NCBI RefSeq assembly: GCF_016433145.1
Contig: NC_058130.1
Coordinates: 758,423,738 to 758,487,737 of the forward strand
Direction of reading: 5' to 3'
Source: Gracilinanus agilis
Lineage: Eukaryota
Length of the DNA: 64,000 bases
Shown: positions 10,961-22,921 of the stretch, one piece after another
Layout of the letters: every line of letters begins with the position of its first letter
Numbering within the stretch: the stretch's first letter is position 1
Program-made: the position numbers and the translations under genes
The notes under the pieces: generated by a model
Told to the model about the DNA's origin: nothing
The model's database searches: none
What the model saw: the letters and a program-made list of their open reading frames with translations, nothing else

Positions 10961-12224
10961 TCTCTGGAGGGCTCTAGTGCGTTCGTCGCCCTGTGCCCCG
11001 CCGTCGGGTCTTCCCAGAAGGAATCCAACTACCACGTCCTGAGGAAAATGGTAAAGCGCACCGGGTACCTTGTTAACAGTGTGGCCGACGTTTTTCGGGG
11101 TGCTCTCCAGATGGTTGGGAACCACCAACCCTGCTTCCTCCTGTCCCTCCCAGGTAAGCGCCCCGGCGGAGGGGGGGCTGCAGGCTGCCCTGTACAAGGC
11201 CTGGCACGAAGTGCATGCTTGAGGGAGGGGTGAGACCCTCGGAAGAAAGGGTGGGAGGGGCGCGGCCTGGACCCTGCCACGGGAACCTGCAGACTTGGAG
11301 AAAAACTCTCTGTAATGGTTTGAGAGCGAGGCCCGGAGAGGGAGGCTGCAGAATGCCGCCCCACCCCCCACCCCCCACCCCCGCAGTGTGGGTCTGAAGG
11401 AGCGCTTGAACCAAGGTTCCTAGGTTCCCCGGCTTTAAGAGGGCCGCTATATCGGCCTTCTGCGGGTGGAGGAAAGTAAACGTGCCCTTTTTCCGTTGAT
11501 TTATTTATTTTTTAGATACAAAGTGGGTATAGGGATGGAAGGGAGGCGTTTGATTCTGATGCAGAAGGTAAGAGTTTAAAAAAATTACGTGGGGGAAAAG
11601 AAAGGAAGCCACCCCCAAAATAGGCTGCGCCTTCGATAGAGCAATGGATTTGAAGTCAGGACAAGCTGAGTTCGAATCCTACCAAAGACACTTTCTTTGT
11701 GACCTTAGGCAAATTACTTGACTCTCATTGCCTCGCCCTTACCTCTCTTCTGCCTAGGAACCAGTACAGTGTTGATCTAAGACAGGGAAGGTTAGGGATT
11801 AAGAAATAAAAGGCTTTGGCTTGAAGAGGAAGGGATTGGGGCCGGGTCACTGTGGTTTATAAGCAGAAATCTTAAAGATGCTGTGGGGGTGGGGCTGGGA
11901 AGGACACCCCTGCTGTATCCTGGGCTCCCTGCCTGGAGGGGAACCCCAGAGTAGCTGATTTCAAACCCCCAAATTGGGTCTGCACAAAGTGCTAGAGCCT
12001 GACCAGAATTTTCTTTGTTTCCTTGTTGGTTAGCAACTGGCCTTTTTTGTCTCTCTTCTGGCAGCTCATTATGAGCCAGGGGAGAGTCAGGCACTTCACA
12101 GAGGGCCTTGGAGATCCCCCAACTGCACCCAGTGTGAAAGGGGGAGGCTTAGAGGTTATTGACTGGATGCCATTGGGGGAGAAAACAGGATGAACCCAGA
12201 GGGCCTCTTTCTTATGATTTCAGA

Positions 12225-12571
12225 ATGAGCAACATCACGAAAGCCTCAGTGGAGCTCACCATCAATGGGATACAGGCCCTCCAGCTTCAACACAGAGGCC
12301 TGAGTGGCTACCGGGTCAAGTACAGCACATCATTCGTGGATGAAACTTTGTTTGGCAGGCCTTTGGGGGCTCGGCCAGACCCGCCGGAGTTTGACCCTCC
12401 CTGGGCAGAGAAGGCCAAGCCCAGGAAGGCAGTGCCATTAACCCTTAATAAAAAGGAAGTAAAATGGAACCCGGATTCATATCCCTGCAGAGGCAGCAGC
12501 AGTATTCCTCCTCCATCCACGGACAACAACTGCATCTCTCCTCCTACACCCGGGAAAAAAAATAAATACAG
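12225..12571 (+). CDS. RITA1: RITA1 first coding exon
   Basis: MSNITKASVELTINGIQALQLQHR...VDETLFG...PPEFDPPW...GKKNKYR|. Confidence 0.92.
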
Positions 12572-15548
12572 GTAATAAACAGAATCCCACAATGTCCCAC
12601 CAGAAAGGACCTTAGAGGTGCTGTAGTCCAATTCTTTCATTTTACAGATACGGAAAACAGAGGGTCAGACAAGAGTCATGGCTTGCCCAACGTCATATCA
12701 GTAGTTTGGTAAATGGGTCAGGTCCGCATTAAGTGCCTACTATGTGCTGGTCTCAGGAAGCCTGCACCCTCTGGAGGTGCTTGTTTTCCCATACACCATG
12801 CATATAGACTCCTTCAGGGCAGGGCATAGTTTTTTTTTTTGCCAATGCCTCACATGTACTTAATACATGCTACTGGATTTGTGTGGTGTGGTATATAGTT
12901 CCAGGGAATGTGATTAGGACCACTGAGTAGAAGTTCCAGAGACAGAAACTTGTTCAATGTAAGGAAGCATTTTCCAAAATCTAGAACCACCCAGTATTAG
13001 AAGGGGATTGTCTCTCCCAGCATTCCTCATCCTACAAGAATGTCAGCTGAACCTGGATAACCATGGATGAGAAGGGTAAATAAAAATCACTAGCAGATGA
13101 CTTTGAACTTTTCCCACTAGTGAAAAATGATGCTAAGACAAACTGAGACACAGTTATCTCCAGGGCAAGCTAAGTATATTAACAGTAATGCATAAAACTA
13201 TTAATAAAATGGGTCGCTAAAAAGCCAGAGATCTGAGCATGATCGGTTTATAACTTAGGCTAGCTTACTAACCAATAAATTGGGTCAATGACCAGAGACC
13301 TCCCAAGTGAGCACTGACAGGGACTTTTGAACCTAGATGTGTCTTCCTTCTGATTGGCCCAATAGAACATCATTTTGGGCCTCCCCTAGCAAAGGTCTGA
13401 CCATCTTGATTGGTAGATACTTTGATGAGGAAGAGAGTTGAGTTACCTCAGCTCCCTATTCCTCATTGGGAGATAGGAATAATCCTCAAATGATAGGCTC
13501 AGTCTCCACTGGGCAGAGTGGATTGGCCTTAAGAAATGGGTTTGCCAAAGAATGGAAGAATGGATTACAGAGTAATCATAATTAAATGATACAGAGTAAT
13601 AATCATTTCCCTCAAGCACATGTTGTCCCTTTTGATCCTCAACCCAGTGCCTAGAATGTAATAGGCACTTAATTAATGTTTGTTTTTGCTTAATTGAGCT
13701 AAATGTTAGGATTATCTCCATTTACAGATGAGGAATCAGGCTCTGCAATGGTGGATAATGTGTACCCATAATCACATATCTCCTAAGTGTCAAAGGTGGG
13801 ATTCTCTCTCTCCCTCTCCCCCCTCCCCCCCCCCCCACCCTATCCCTTCAAGCTCCTCAACCTTTTCTTTATCTATTCAATTATGGTCCCAGTCCAAATT
13901 CTGTCTTGTGAGAAAACTTTATTCATTGGAGGTTTTCTTATATTTTTGGAACCTCACCCTGCATGGCTGGGAAACTTCACCACCTGTACCTGCTGTTTGG
14001 AGATCTTAGCTAAGGACCTAGGTTATGGAAACCAGAAATGCAATCAGATCCCCAGATTAATGCAAGGAGTTTTCTCATACATCTCCAACAGCCCACTTCT
14101 CATCTCAAAACTAGACCCATCCTGATAAGACAGTTGTTTCCATGATCCTTTGATTAGTTCACAGACACTTGGGAGGACTAGGACACTCCTTTTTTGAAAT
14201 TTAGGGAAATGTACCTTGTTCACTCCCCCTCCCAATTTGGAGAGTCCCTAATCTCCAATTAGACATCTCGTTACCTATTGTTTATGGTTGCCTTTTAATT
14301 GACCTTATTGCATTGTTTTTAATATATTAAAAAATCTGCCTCTCCCTGTATTTGAGGTCCAGACCTAAGCTGGGGAAGAGGCCAGGCCCTGATTTGTTGG
14401 GCAGTTGGCACACATTAATAAATCAATATGCTCAGAAGATCAAATCACTCTTTCCTCGGTCATTTCATCTTTTGTTCATTATGCTATGCCACCTCCTTCT
14501 TCCCCCAGTATTAGACAACTCTCCAAGGTCCTTTCAAAAAATTTGGGGCATAGGTGGCAGAATTTGACTTAAAACACATCTCCTGAACTTTCCATTGGTC
14601 CATTGACAAACCAGTTGGCCATACTGGAAAGAAGTCTTTGGTTCCAGGGTCCCATGTCTGTTTTATTCATTCCCTTTGTGACTTCCATTCCTCGGGCCTC
14701 CATTTTATCATCTGTAAATTGATGCAGTTGACCTTCAAGGTCTCTTTCAGCTCTAGATCTGGGATCCTGTGATTCTTGAAGTCAGGACCCCAACAAGTTA
14801 GAAGGCCCCTCATCTATGAGAAAGCAGTATCTTTCCTTAGCCAGGGTGCCAGAATGGAAGTGAGCATCCTGTATCACTTTCTCTCTGATTTGGATACAAA
14901 CTCCTTTGGCAATTATTTTTTCCTGACTTTGTTTCTTCAGATATCTAGATGTTCTAGAAAAGGGCCAGACTGGGACCTGGGCTCCTATTGTTCTCACCTC
15001 GTTATTTCTTCTCCATCCTTTTCCATACTAGGCTTATCAGCCACAAGTCATCCTACTGTGACGAGACCCTCTTCGGCACACAAGAGAAGGGATCCCCCAG
15101 GAAGGTACCATGGATAAAGATGGAAGAGATTCCAAGACTCGAGCCCCTCTTCTGGACCCCACCATCAGTGCCCGGGAGTAGTTGCTCACCCCATCCTAAG
15201 GAGACCCCACTGTGGACCATTCGCTCCATGGTTTCCTCTGTGCCAAAGAACAGGAGCAAGTCAGACATTTGGCATAGGCCCTTGGAGGAGTTGGACTCTG
15301 TAGATCCCCTCCAGAAGGGGAGTTCCCAGTCACTCACCCACCTGAATGGCTCCCCTACAAGGCACTCCCTCACCACCAAAACCCCACACCAGGGTAGGCA
15401 GCGAGAAGCTTGGGTTCAGTCAGCCTTGGTGATTTTCCAGAGCCCACTGGCAACCCCCACCCCCAGGACTCGTTCTGTCAGCTTCTCAGAACCAGTTAGT
15501 CACCGGAAATATTTAGCCACCCCCAAGCCAAAGCCACCCTGGAAATGA
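12225..15548 (+). CDS. RITA1: RBPJ-interacting and tubulin-associated protein 1, 287 aa, 2 coding exons
   Basis: Exons 12225-12571 and 15032-15548 (864 nt; AG|gtaat ... actag|G). Two DETLFG repeats (SFVDETLFG, SYCDETLFG), basic GKKNKYR, C-terminal PKPKPPWK as in mammalian RITA; synteny fits. Confidence 0.94.
15032..15548 (+). CDS. RITA1: RITA1 last coding exon
   Basis: LISHKSSYCDETLFG...SLTHLN...PKPKPPWK*; TGA at 15546-15548. Confidence 0.94.
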
Positions 15549-15833
15549 CTTGTGACTCTTGCCTTGATGTCAACTCTGGGAGCATGGAATGGGAAAGGTG
15601 CATGGGCTTGGTGCCAGGCTTGAATCTTATCCCAACCCAGAAGACTTCATGAGAATGGGAAAGGCACATCACCAGGCTCCCCAGTCCTTGACAGCAGCCC
15701 TGATTGATTCACATACATAAATATCAGCTCTAAGTACTGTTGGTGTATAGACCCCATACCCTGGAGAGACAGTAATGTTCCTTATTCTACCCTGTTCCCA
15801 TTTCCATAGTTGGAGGAAGACACCATGCTACCC

Positions 15834-15839
15834 AATAAA
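15834..15839 (+). terminator. Candidate RITA1 polyadenylation signal
   Basis: First AATAAA after the RITA1 stop (about 290 nt downstream); a second lies at 16912. Confidence 0.55.
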
Positions 15840-16326
15840 CTCTACTGTTGCCAACCCGTGGAGGAGAATCTTCCCTTCTTGCAGTATTTCCAGAATTTGT
15901 TTCTGCCTGTATTTGGATCACATTGAGATATGAGGGGTAACCCTTACTACCAAGTTTCCAGGCATTCATGTCCACTTGGGGTTATAAAGTCCCAAAAGGT
16001 TTCTCATAAGCTCTCGGTGCCACTACTATACCCATGTAAGCCTTGACACGGCATGGAGGCGGTGACCCGCAGTGCTAGAAAGGTCCCAGGTTCTACCCAT
16101 GCCAGAATCAGTGACAGTGTTGAGAGGGAAGGGAGCTCATTCCCCTTCTCATCCAACTTTACAGTCCTATAAAGAGAATCCTCTCTACACCATGCCCACA
16201 GGCGATCCTTTGCTGCCAGGGCTGGGGCTGCTCTGAGGATGGGTTCAGGGAAATTCAGATTGACCCTTTAGCCTGGCCCCTTCTAAGAAAAACAAGGAGG
16301 TTGCAGGCCCTTAAATATTAAAATAT

Positions 16327-16766
16327 AGATATCTCTTCCATATCATAGGAGTTAGGGACACGGTGTCCCCACGATCTGGAAAATCCACATAAAAATGTTT
16401 AGCCTTTGTACTAAAGAAGTCTGGATTTTGTTCTTTTTATTAACAGTACCTTATTGTCAAATTTGGGTTAAGTATTTGGTCATAGGTCAGTGTTAAGGGA
16501 GCTGCACTTCTAGCCTTTGTGTGTCATCTGCTAGCTTTCATGTTCTTTTCACAAACTTAATTTAACTTGAAAAAAAAATTATGTATATTTAAGATATTAA
16601 GAGAATGTTACTATACATACATTTTATGCATTTCTTAGTTTCCAAACATTTTTTGTGTCTACTGGCTTTCACAGCCCCACCCCACCCCCAAATTCCCATT
16701 TAATTTTTTATACTAATTCACAATATATCACAACCATGATGGAAGCTGCATATAAGTGCAGGTGTA
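16327..16766. mobile_element. Old TIR-type non-autonomous DNA transposon relic (Tigger/pogo-like, tentative)
   Basis: Colinear similarity to 25377-25758; begins tatctcttccatat, matching the terminal repeat of that copy. Confidence 0.45.
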
Positions 16767-17602
16767 TTTCAAGGAGCTGTTTTGTCAATATGGGTTCTCC
16801 TTCCACAGCTTAAAAGAGGCCGCTTCTGTGCCTACTCTAAAGGGTTCTTCTTAATTCCGACAGTCTGGTCAAGCCCACAGAGCCTTTCTGAGCATAATGT
16901 TATATGCGTCAAATAAACTACGTAAGATTATAGTGGAAACCAATTCTACAGGGTCCCTAGGTGGACCCTTGTTTTAGTAGAATTTGCAGAACATCGAACT
17001 TCCTTGGAAGAGACTAGCTACTGCCTGAATGGCTGCTGTGAATTGTAGCTTAAGAAACAAGGTTCATGACCTGGGGAGGAGGTTCCCTGAACTTGGCTGG
17101 GTTGGTCTTGGGATAATGGACATGCAATTCAGCCAGGCAGGCCCTTTCCACTTGTGTGCTGCCCCATGTAACCTTAAAAACTCGAGTGGTTTCCATTGTT
17201 TGATGAGGCCTCATCCTAGGCCTGCAGGGAAAGGCGTGTCCCCATGTGCATGTCTGTACATACGTGGTGTATCTGCTACACCTGGATTCTCCCCCTTTTC
17301 CCATGAGTTTAAAACCCAGAGAACAGGGGAATCAGCAGCCAGGCCTGAGTGAATTCGGCCCCATCCCTCTACCAGGCCTCTTTCCAAGCTGTTACAAGAT
17401 GGGATGGGGAAAACCTCGTATTGACTCTTCCAAGCTGAGTCGAGGCTGGAACAGTGGAGAGAGAAGAGTGATGGGCTTGCTCATGGGAGCTCTCCGAGAA
17501 CCGTAGACCCGATGAACGCCGTCTGCCCTCGTGGCCCAAACACCTGCACTGCTCTCACTGGGGAAAAGATGCCCGGGGTGGGGTAAAGGAATGGACTTGA
17601 CT

Positions 17603-17608
17603 TTTATT
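17603..17608 (-). terminator. Candidate IQCD polyadenylation signal
   Basis: TTTATT on + (AATAAA on -), about 330 nt after the IQCD stop. Confidence 0.65.
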
Positions 17609-17936
17609 GGCTCGAGTACAGAAAGAGGGAAGGCCTGAAGATGACCGCCGTGTTCTGTGTCTGCAGGCTCGGCATGGTCACAGAAGTTTGTGTCAGTGAT
17701 TGGCAGAGGCAGCCTGTGCTCTCTCGCCATTTGGAGGTATGTGCAAGCACCTACCCAAAGCCTGGTCCCAGGCAGGAAGAAGCCTCACCTGGGTCAATCC
17801 AGTAGAATCCACAGGGTTCTTGATGCCAGTGTGGCTGGTCCTGGAAGGATGGACAGAGAAGGGGCAGGGAGGGAAAAGAGCCACGAGTGCTGGAGGCACA
17901 GAGCAGTTCCCACCTGAGGAGCCCCTGGGCAGTGCC

Positions 17937-18218
17937 TTATTTTTTGCCTTTGCCTTTGCCTTTGCCCTTGCCTTTCTTCTTCCGCTTTGACTTCAGTAAC
18001 GACCTGACCAAATAGCCCTTCCAGAAGGCCTGGATGAGGGTGGCAGCCCGCACCATGAGGGCCATCTCCTGCTCGGCCTCTAGCTTCTTCTTGGAGCTGA
18101 TGAGTCTCTCGTCCCTGATCTGGACAAACTCCTCAACCAAGACCGCATGCTTTGTCCTCAGCTCTGCCAACTGGGCCTTCTCCTCCGTATAGATCTCGTC
18201 CAGCTCTTCTAATTCAGC
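17937..18218 (-). CDS. IQCD: IQCD last coding exon (IQ motif)
   Basis: ctttag|GCT GAA TTA...; TAA at 17939-17937. Confidence 0.95.
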   Translation of the reverse strand, partial: AELEELDEIYTEEKAQLAELRTKHAVLVEEFVQIRDERLISSKKKLEAEQEMALMVRAATLIQAFWKGYLVRSLLKSKRKKKGKGKGKGKGKK

Positions 18219-21200
18219 CTAAAGGGAACCAGGTAGTTTGGGATCATTGAGGAAATCCTCTTCATATGGACACTGGGAAGGACATGGCGACATCCCTCCT
18301 AGACTAGTTAATTCTGCAAGTGCCCAAGAGTGTAAGAACTCACTATCTGACAAAAACTCCTGGGAAAAATGGAAAGGAGTCTGGCAGAAACTGGATACAG
18401 ACCAACATCTCATACTGTATACCAAGATAAAGTTAAAATGGGTACCTAAAATTAGACAAAGAGTGCTGCCATAAACAAATCAGGGGATGTGGGATAGCTT
18501 CTCTCTCAGATCTATGGATAAGAGAAGAATTTATGACCAAACAAGAAATAGAGAACATTACATAATGTAAAATGGATCATTTTGATTGTATTACATTTAA
18601 AAGATTTTGCACACGCAAAACCAATGCAGCCACAGTTAAAAGGAAATCAGATACATATAAAACCCAGAGGAATTGCATGTTGGCTATGGTGAGGCAGATG
18701 GAGGGGGTATGGGGGGAGGGAAAGAACATGAATCGTGTAACCATGGGAAAATATTCTAAAACAATTTTTTAAATTAAAAAGTAAAAAAAAAAAAGAAATC
18801 AGAAAGTTGGAGTGGGGGGCACAAATTTTATAGGAAGCTTTTCTGATAAAGGTCTCATTTTTCAAATATATAGCAAACAGAGTCAAATTTATAAGAATAG
18901 AAATCATTCTCCAATTGCTAAATAAAGGATATAAACAGGCAGTTTTTAGATAATGAGATCAAAGTTACCTATAATTACATTAAAAAATGTTCTAAACCAC
19001 TATTAATTAGATAAATGGAAATTAAAACAACTCTGAGATATCATCTCATACCTATCAGACTGACTAATATGACAAAAAATAAAGGAAAATGACATGTTGA
19101 AGAGGATGTGGGAAAATTGGAACACTAATATACTGTTAAGTTGTGAACTGATCCAACTATTTTAGAGAACAATTTGAAATTTCACACAATGTTGTGAAAC
19201 TGTACATACCCTCTGATTCAGTAATACCACTAAGTCTGTATTCCAAGGAGATTATTTATTTATTTTTAAGCTGTTTTTTTTTTTTGAAATTTTATTTTTT
19301 AGAAAATTTTTCCATGGTTACATGATTCGTGTTCTTACTCTCCCCTCAACCCCCCCCCAGCCCCACCCATAGCCAATGTGCATTTCCACTGGCTTCTTCA
19401 TGTGTCATTCATTGATCAAGACCTATTTCCATATTATTGATAGTTGCATTGGTGTGGTAGTTTCGAGTTTACTTCCCAAATCATGTCCGCATCAACCCAT
19501 GTGTTTAAGCAGTTCTTTTTCTTCTTTGTTTCNNNNNNNNNNNNNNNNNNNNNNNNNNNNNNNNNNNNNNNNNNNNNNNNNNNNNNNNNNNNNNNNNNNN
19601 NNNNNNNNNNNNNNNNNNNNNNNNNNNNNNNNNNNNNNNNNNNNNNNNNNNNNNNNNNNNNNNNNNNNNNNNNNNNNNNNNNNNNNNNNNNNNNNNNNNN
19701 NNNNNNNNNNNNNNNNNNNNNNNNNNNNNNNNNNNNNNNNNNNNNNNNNNNAAATATTGATAGCAGCTTTTTTGTGTGTTGTGTGTGGTGGCAAAGAACT
19801 GGGAATTGAAGGGATGCTACCCATCAGTTGGGGAATGGCTGGACAAGTTGAGATATATGTTTGTGATGTTATTCTGCTATAAGAAATGACAAGCAGGACT
19901 ATTTCAGAAAAACCTAGAAAGACTCATATGAACTGATGCAAAGTGAAGTGAGCAGAATCAGAACAACAGTGTACACAGTAATAGAAATATTATATGATGA
20001 TCGACTGTGAATGATTTGGCTATTCTCATCCAATGATCTAACAGTGATGGGCAAACTGCGGCCTGGGGGCCAAATGTGGCCCCCTGAAATGTTCCATCCT
20101 GCCTGGCGACATTATTCCTAATCTGACAAATACAATGAGCAGGATACAATACAATGAAACTTTGAAAGAGTTGCCTTAGAAACAGACCAACAGATGAGCA
20201 TTTCCTTTCCTTTGGCCCCTCTTTAAAAAGTTTGCCCATCACTGGTCTAAGACAATTCCAAAGGACTTCTGAAGGATGAAAATGTTATCTGCCTCCAGTG
20301 AGAACTGAGAGTCTGATTGAAGATTGAAGCATATTATTTTTTATTTTATTTTTTCATGGTTTTTTTTCTAGGGGTAGAGGATGTCTTTATTTTCTTTTAC
20401 AACCTAATATGGAAATATGTTTTGCACGACTGCACATGTATAACCTCTATCAAATTTTTGCTGTCTGACGGAGGGGGTAAGGGAAGGAGGGAGAAAATAT
20501 GGGACTCAAAATTAAAAAAAAAAACAACTGTTAAGAGAGCAGCTAAGTGTCTCAGTGGATTGAGAGCCATACCCAGAGACAGAGGGGTCAGATACTTCCT
20601 AGCAGTATGACCCTGGTTAAGTCACTTAATCCCCATTATCTAGCCCTTATAGCTCTTCTACCTTACAACCTATCTGCAGAACTGATTCTAAAGTAAGGAC
20701 TTTAAAAAATGTTAACAATTATTTTTACATGTAATTGGGAAAAAATATTCTTTTAAAATAGAATAAGTGAAAAAAGAAAGAAAATAGAATAAGGAAAATA
20801 ATCTGGGGTCTTTGGAATAATTACATGAAAGGAAAGGAAAGGGACCCTTACCTGCTTTTCTCCCATCTCCGTATCATATTTTTGGATCCAGTTCTCTATT
20901 TCTGTCTCTAGTTTATATTTCTTCTAGAAAAACAAAACATAAAAAGGCAGAAATTATTTAACCATGTTGGCAAAGTAATCAACAGAACCCTGAAGACCCG
21001 GCTCCTCATCATTCAACCAAGGCCTGGTTGCATTCATTGGGTGTCTGCTAAGAGCCCAGGAGAGTCTCCTGGTTCGGATTTCTGTTCACGCCTGAAAGCC
21101 GGCTTTGCTAACACCAGTTAAGGCACGCAGCTACAGAAACGACCCGGCTTGGGGAGGGGAGCTCGATTCTTATCAGTATCGGACTGGCAGGGAAAAGGGC

Positions 21201-22921
21201 CTTTGTGTCCATGGGAGGTAGGAAAGGTCTTACAGAGTCTGCTGGCCAGAACACACCAACAGGGGCTTTCCATGCCCTGCTGTCGAGGTCCTGCATCTTA
21301 CCTGAGTGGCTTGGATTGTCCTCTTCTCCCCTCCCTCATCCTTGCGACAGAGTTCTTCACAGATAAGATGGGGCATCTCCAACTACCTGCCCCCTCGCGA
21401 TTGCTCTCTCTCTTTTTAAACCCTCACCTTCTCTCTTAGAATCAATACTGGATACTGGCTCTGAGGCAGAGGAGCAGCGAGGGCTAGGCAATGGGGGTGA
21501 CGTGACTCGCCCAGGGTCATTCCACTAGAAGTGTCTATGTGAGGTCAGATAGGAACCCAGGACCTCCCGTGTCCAGGCCTGGTGCTGTGTTCATGGAGCC
21601 ATCTCCTTGCCCCCCTCCCATACCTTTCTGAGCCCCTGTTCGCTCTCCCGGTTCTCCATAGTGAGATTATGGTACTGGGTCTTGAGCATGAGGATATCCT
21701 GTTGGATCTTTGTGATGCGGATCTGAGAGGCCCTCAGCTCGGCCTTCTGCTGCTTCTTGGCCTCTTGCTTGGTGCGCAGGAGGTGGCTTTCAGAGAACTT
21801 GAGCACCTGGTGCAGGTGGCTTTTAAGTTCCCGGATCACGAAGTTTTCCTTCTCTACCTGAGGCAGAGAAAGAAGAGAAGAGCCCATGAGCCCCGGAGTA
21901 GCTGGAAATCGGCCTCTCCCCAGGAAGGCTGGGAAGTCTCTCCGGTGAAAGCCTTGGGCCAAGAGGGAATTCCACTGTGGGTTTCAGGAGCAGTTAGGTG
22001 GCCCAGTGGGTTGAGAATCAAGCCTAGAAATGGGAGGTCCTGGGTTCAAATGTCATTAAAAAAAAAATCCATTCCCTGCATCTAACCTCATTGCCATCAG
22101 CAGCCATTGCTCCTTTCATTTCCAGGGCATTCCCAACGCTGCCCAGGCAGGCCCTGAGCCATCCCCACAGGCTCTCGGGCTCCCCCCAGGCCTACCTGGG
22201 TATCCCTGGATTTGATGGTGCTAGAGAGCTGTGACTCGAGATCCTGGATCATCTCGGTGTTCTTCTTGTCCCTGAGAATGATTTCGTTCATGAATTCGAC
22301 CTTCTCCTTCTCCTCCATGGGGCTGGTGAGGAGCTTCTCGAACACAAAGTTTCTGAATTCAATCAGGCTTTGGAGAAAAACATCGGCCTCCTCGCTTCTC
22401 CCCACGATGTGGGTCCGAAAGATTTCCCCGGCTGGGATGTTGATCAGGAAGATCCTCAGGGTGTTGCGGGCAGAGCTCTTAACCTCGTCTTTGAGGAGTG
22501 TGATCCTCTGTTTGTGCTCCTCCACTTGGAGCTGCAGCTGATCTTCGGCCATCACTTCAGCCTCTTCCTCCTCTTCTCTGACCAGGTTCACCTGCTCCAG
22601 GAGGCTGTTGCACAGGTCCTCGTGTTCTCGGACGGCGTTTATGGTGTCGTCATCCCACAGGCCCTCCAGACTCTCGGGGTTGTACGCGGCTGCCGACAGC
22701 AGCGTGATCAGCTCTACCTTGTGGATGGTTTCATCCAGAACAGCAATGATCCTCTTGGTCTCGATGGTGGTGAGTTTGGTCCGAGCTGGGTCCAGTTGGC
22801 TGGTGTTTCCGCATGAGAGCAAGGCTTTTTTGGCACCCAGGCCCAAGCCTACCCTGGGCCTGTTACCAGTGGAAATCTCAGAGCCCTGGTAGAGGGGAGC
22901 CACAAGCACGTCCATCGCCAT
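17937..22921 (-). CDS. IQCD: IQ motif-containing D / dynein regulatory complex subunit 10, 437 aa
   Basis: Exons 22921-22196, 21857-21624, 20923-20852, 18218-17937 (1314 nt, all phase 0, GT-AG). Kozak ccaccATGG; [25 protein letters not shown]; IQ motif [15 protein letters not shown]. Confidence 0.96.
19533..19751. other. Assembly gap (219 N)
   Basis: Run of N, inside the last IQCD intron; no coding exon appears to be missing. Confidence 1.
20042..20244. mobile_element. hAT (Charlie-type) MITE with perfect 16-bp TIRs
   Basis: CAGTGATGGGCAAACT ... AGTTTGCCCATCACTG; flanks atctaa / gtctaaga resemble a TCTA-type hAT target site. Confidence 0.9.
20852..20923 (-). CDS. IQCD: IQCD 72-nt coding exon
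   Basis: Not in the ORF track; read by hand as [24 protein letters not shown]; ttctag| and |gtaagg. Confidence 0.95.
21415..21615 (-). mobile_element. SINE1_Mdo-like
   Basis: Consensus match; head ends about 9 nt from an IQCD donor site. Confidence 0.8.
21624..21857 (-). CDS. IQCD: IQCD second coding exon
   Basis: [23 protein letters not shown]...EQGLRK; 234 nt. Confidence 0.96.
22196..22921 (-). CDS. IQCD: IQCD first coding exon
   Basis: 242 codons; acceptor ctctag| places the exon start at 22942; donor CAG|gtaggc. Confidence 0.96.

Larger units (their letters stand above)
18390..20810 (+). mobile_element. Fragmented L1 (ORF2 3' part and 3' UTR) with nested younger L1 pieces
   Basis: L1-like 3' sequence; 18652-18794 L1 tail flanked by gaaatcaga duplication; inverted L1 3' piece at about 19270-19532. 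Confidence 0.75.

Noticed and set aside
10490-11414. Long overlapping ORFs (247, 242, 113, 111 aa) across the DDX54/RITA1 promoter
   Set aside because: Several begin at non-ATG codons, have low-complexity Arg/Gly/Pro composition and no recognisable family; expected in CpG islands
19376-19882. ORFs spanning the N run
   Set aside because: Artefacts of the assembly gap
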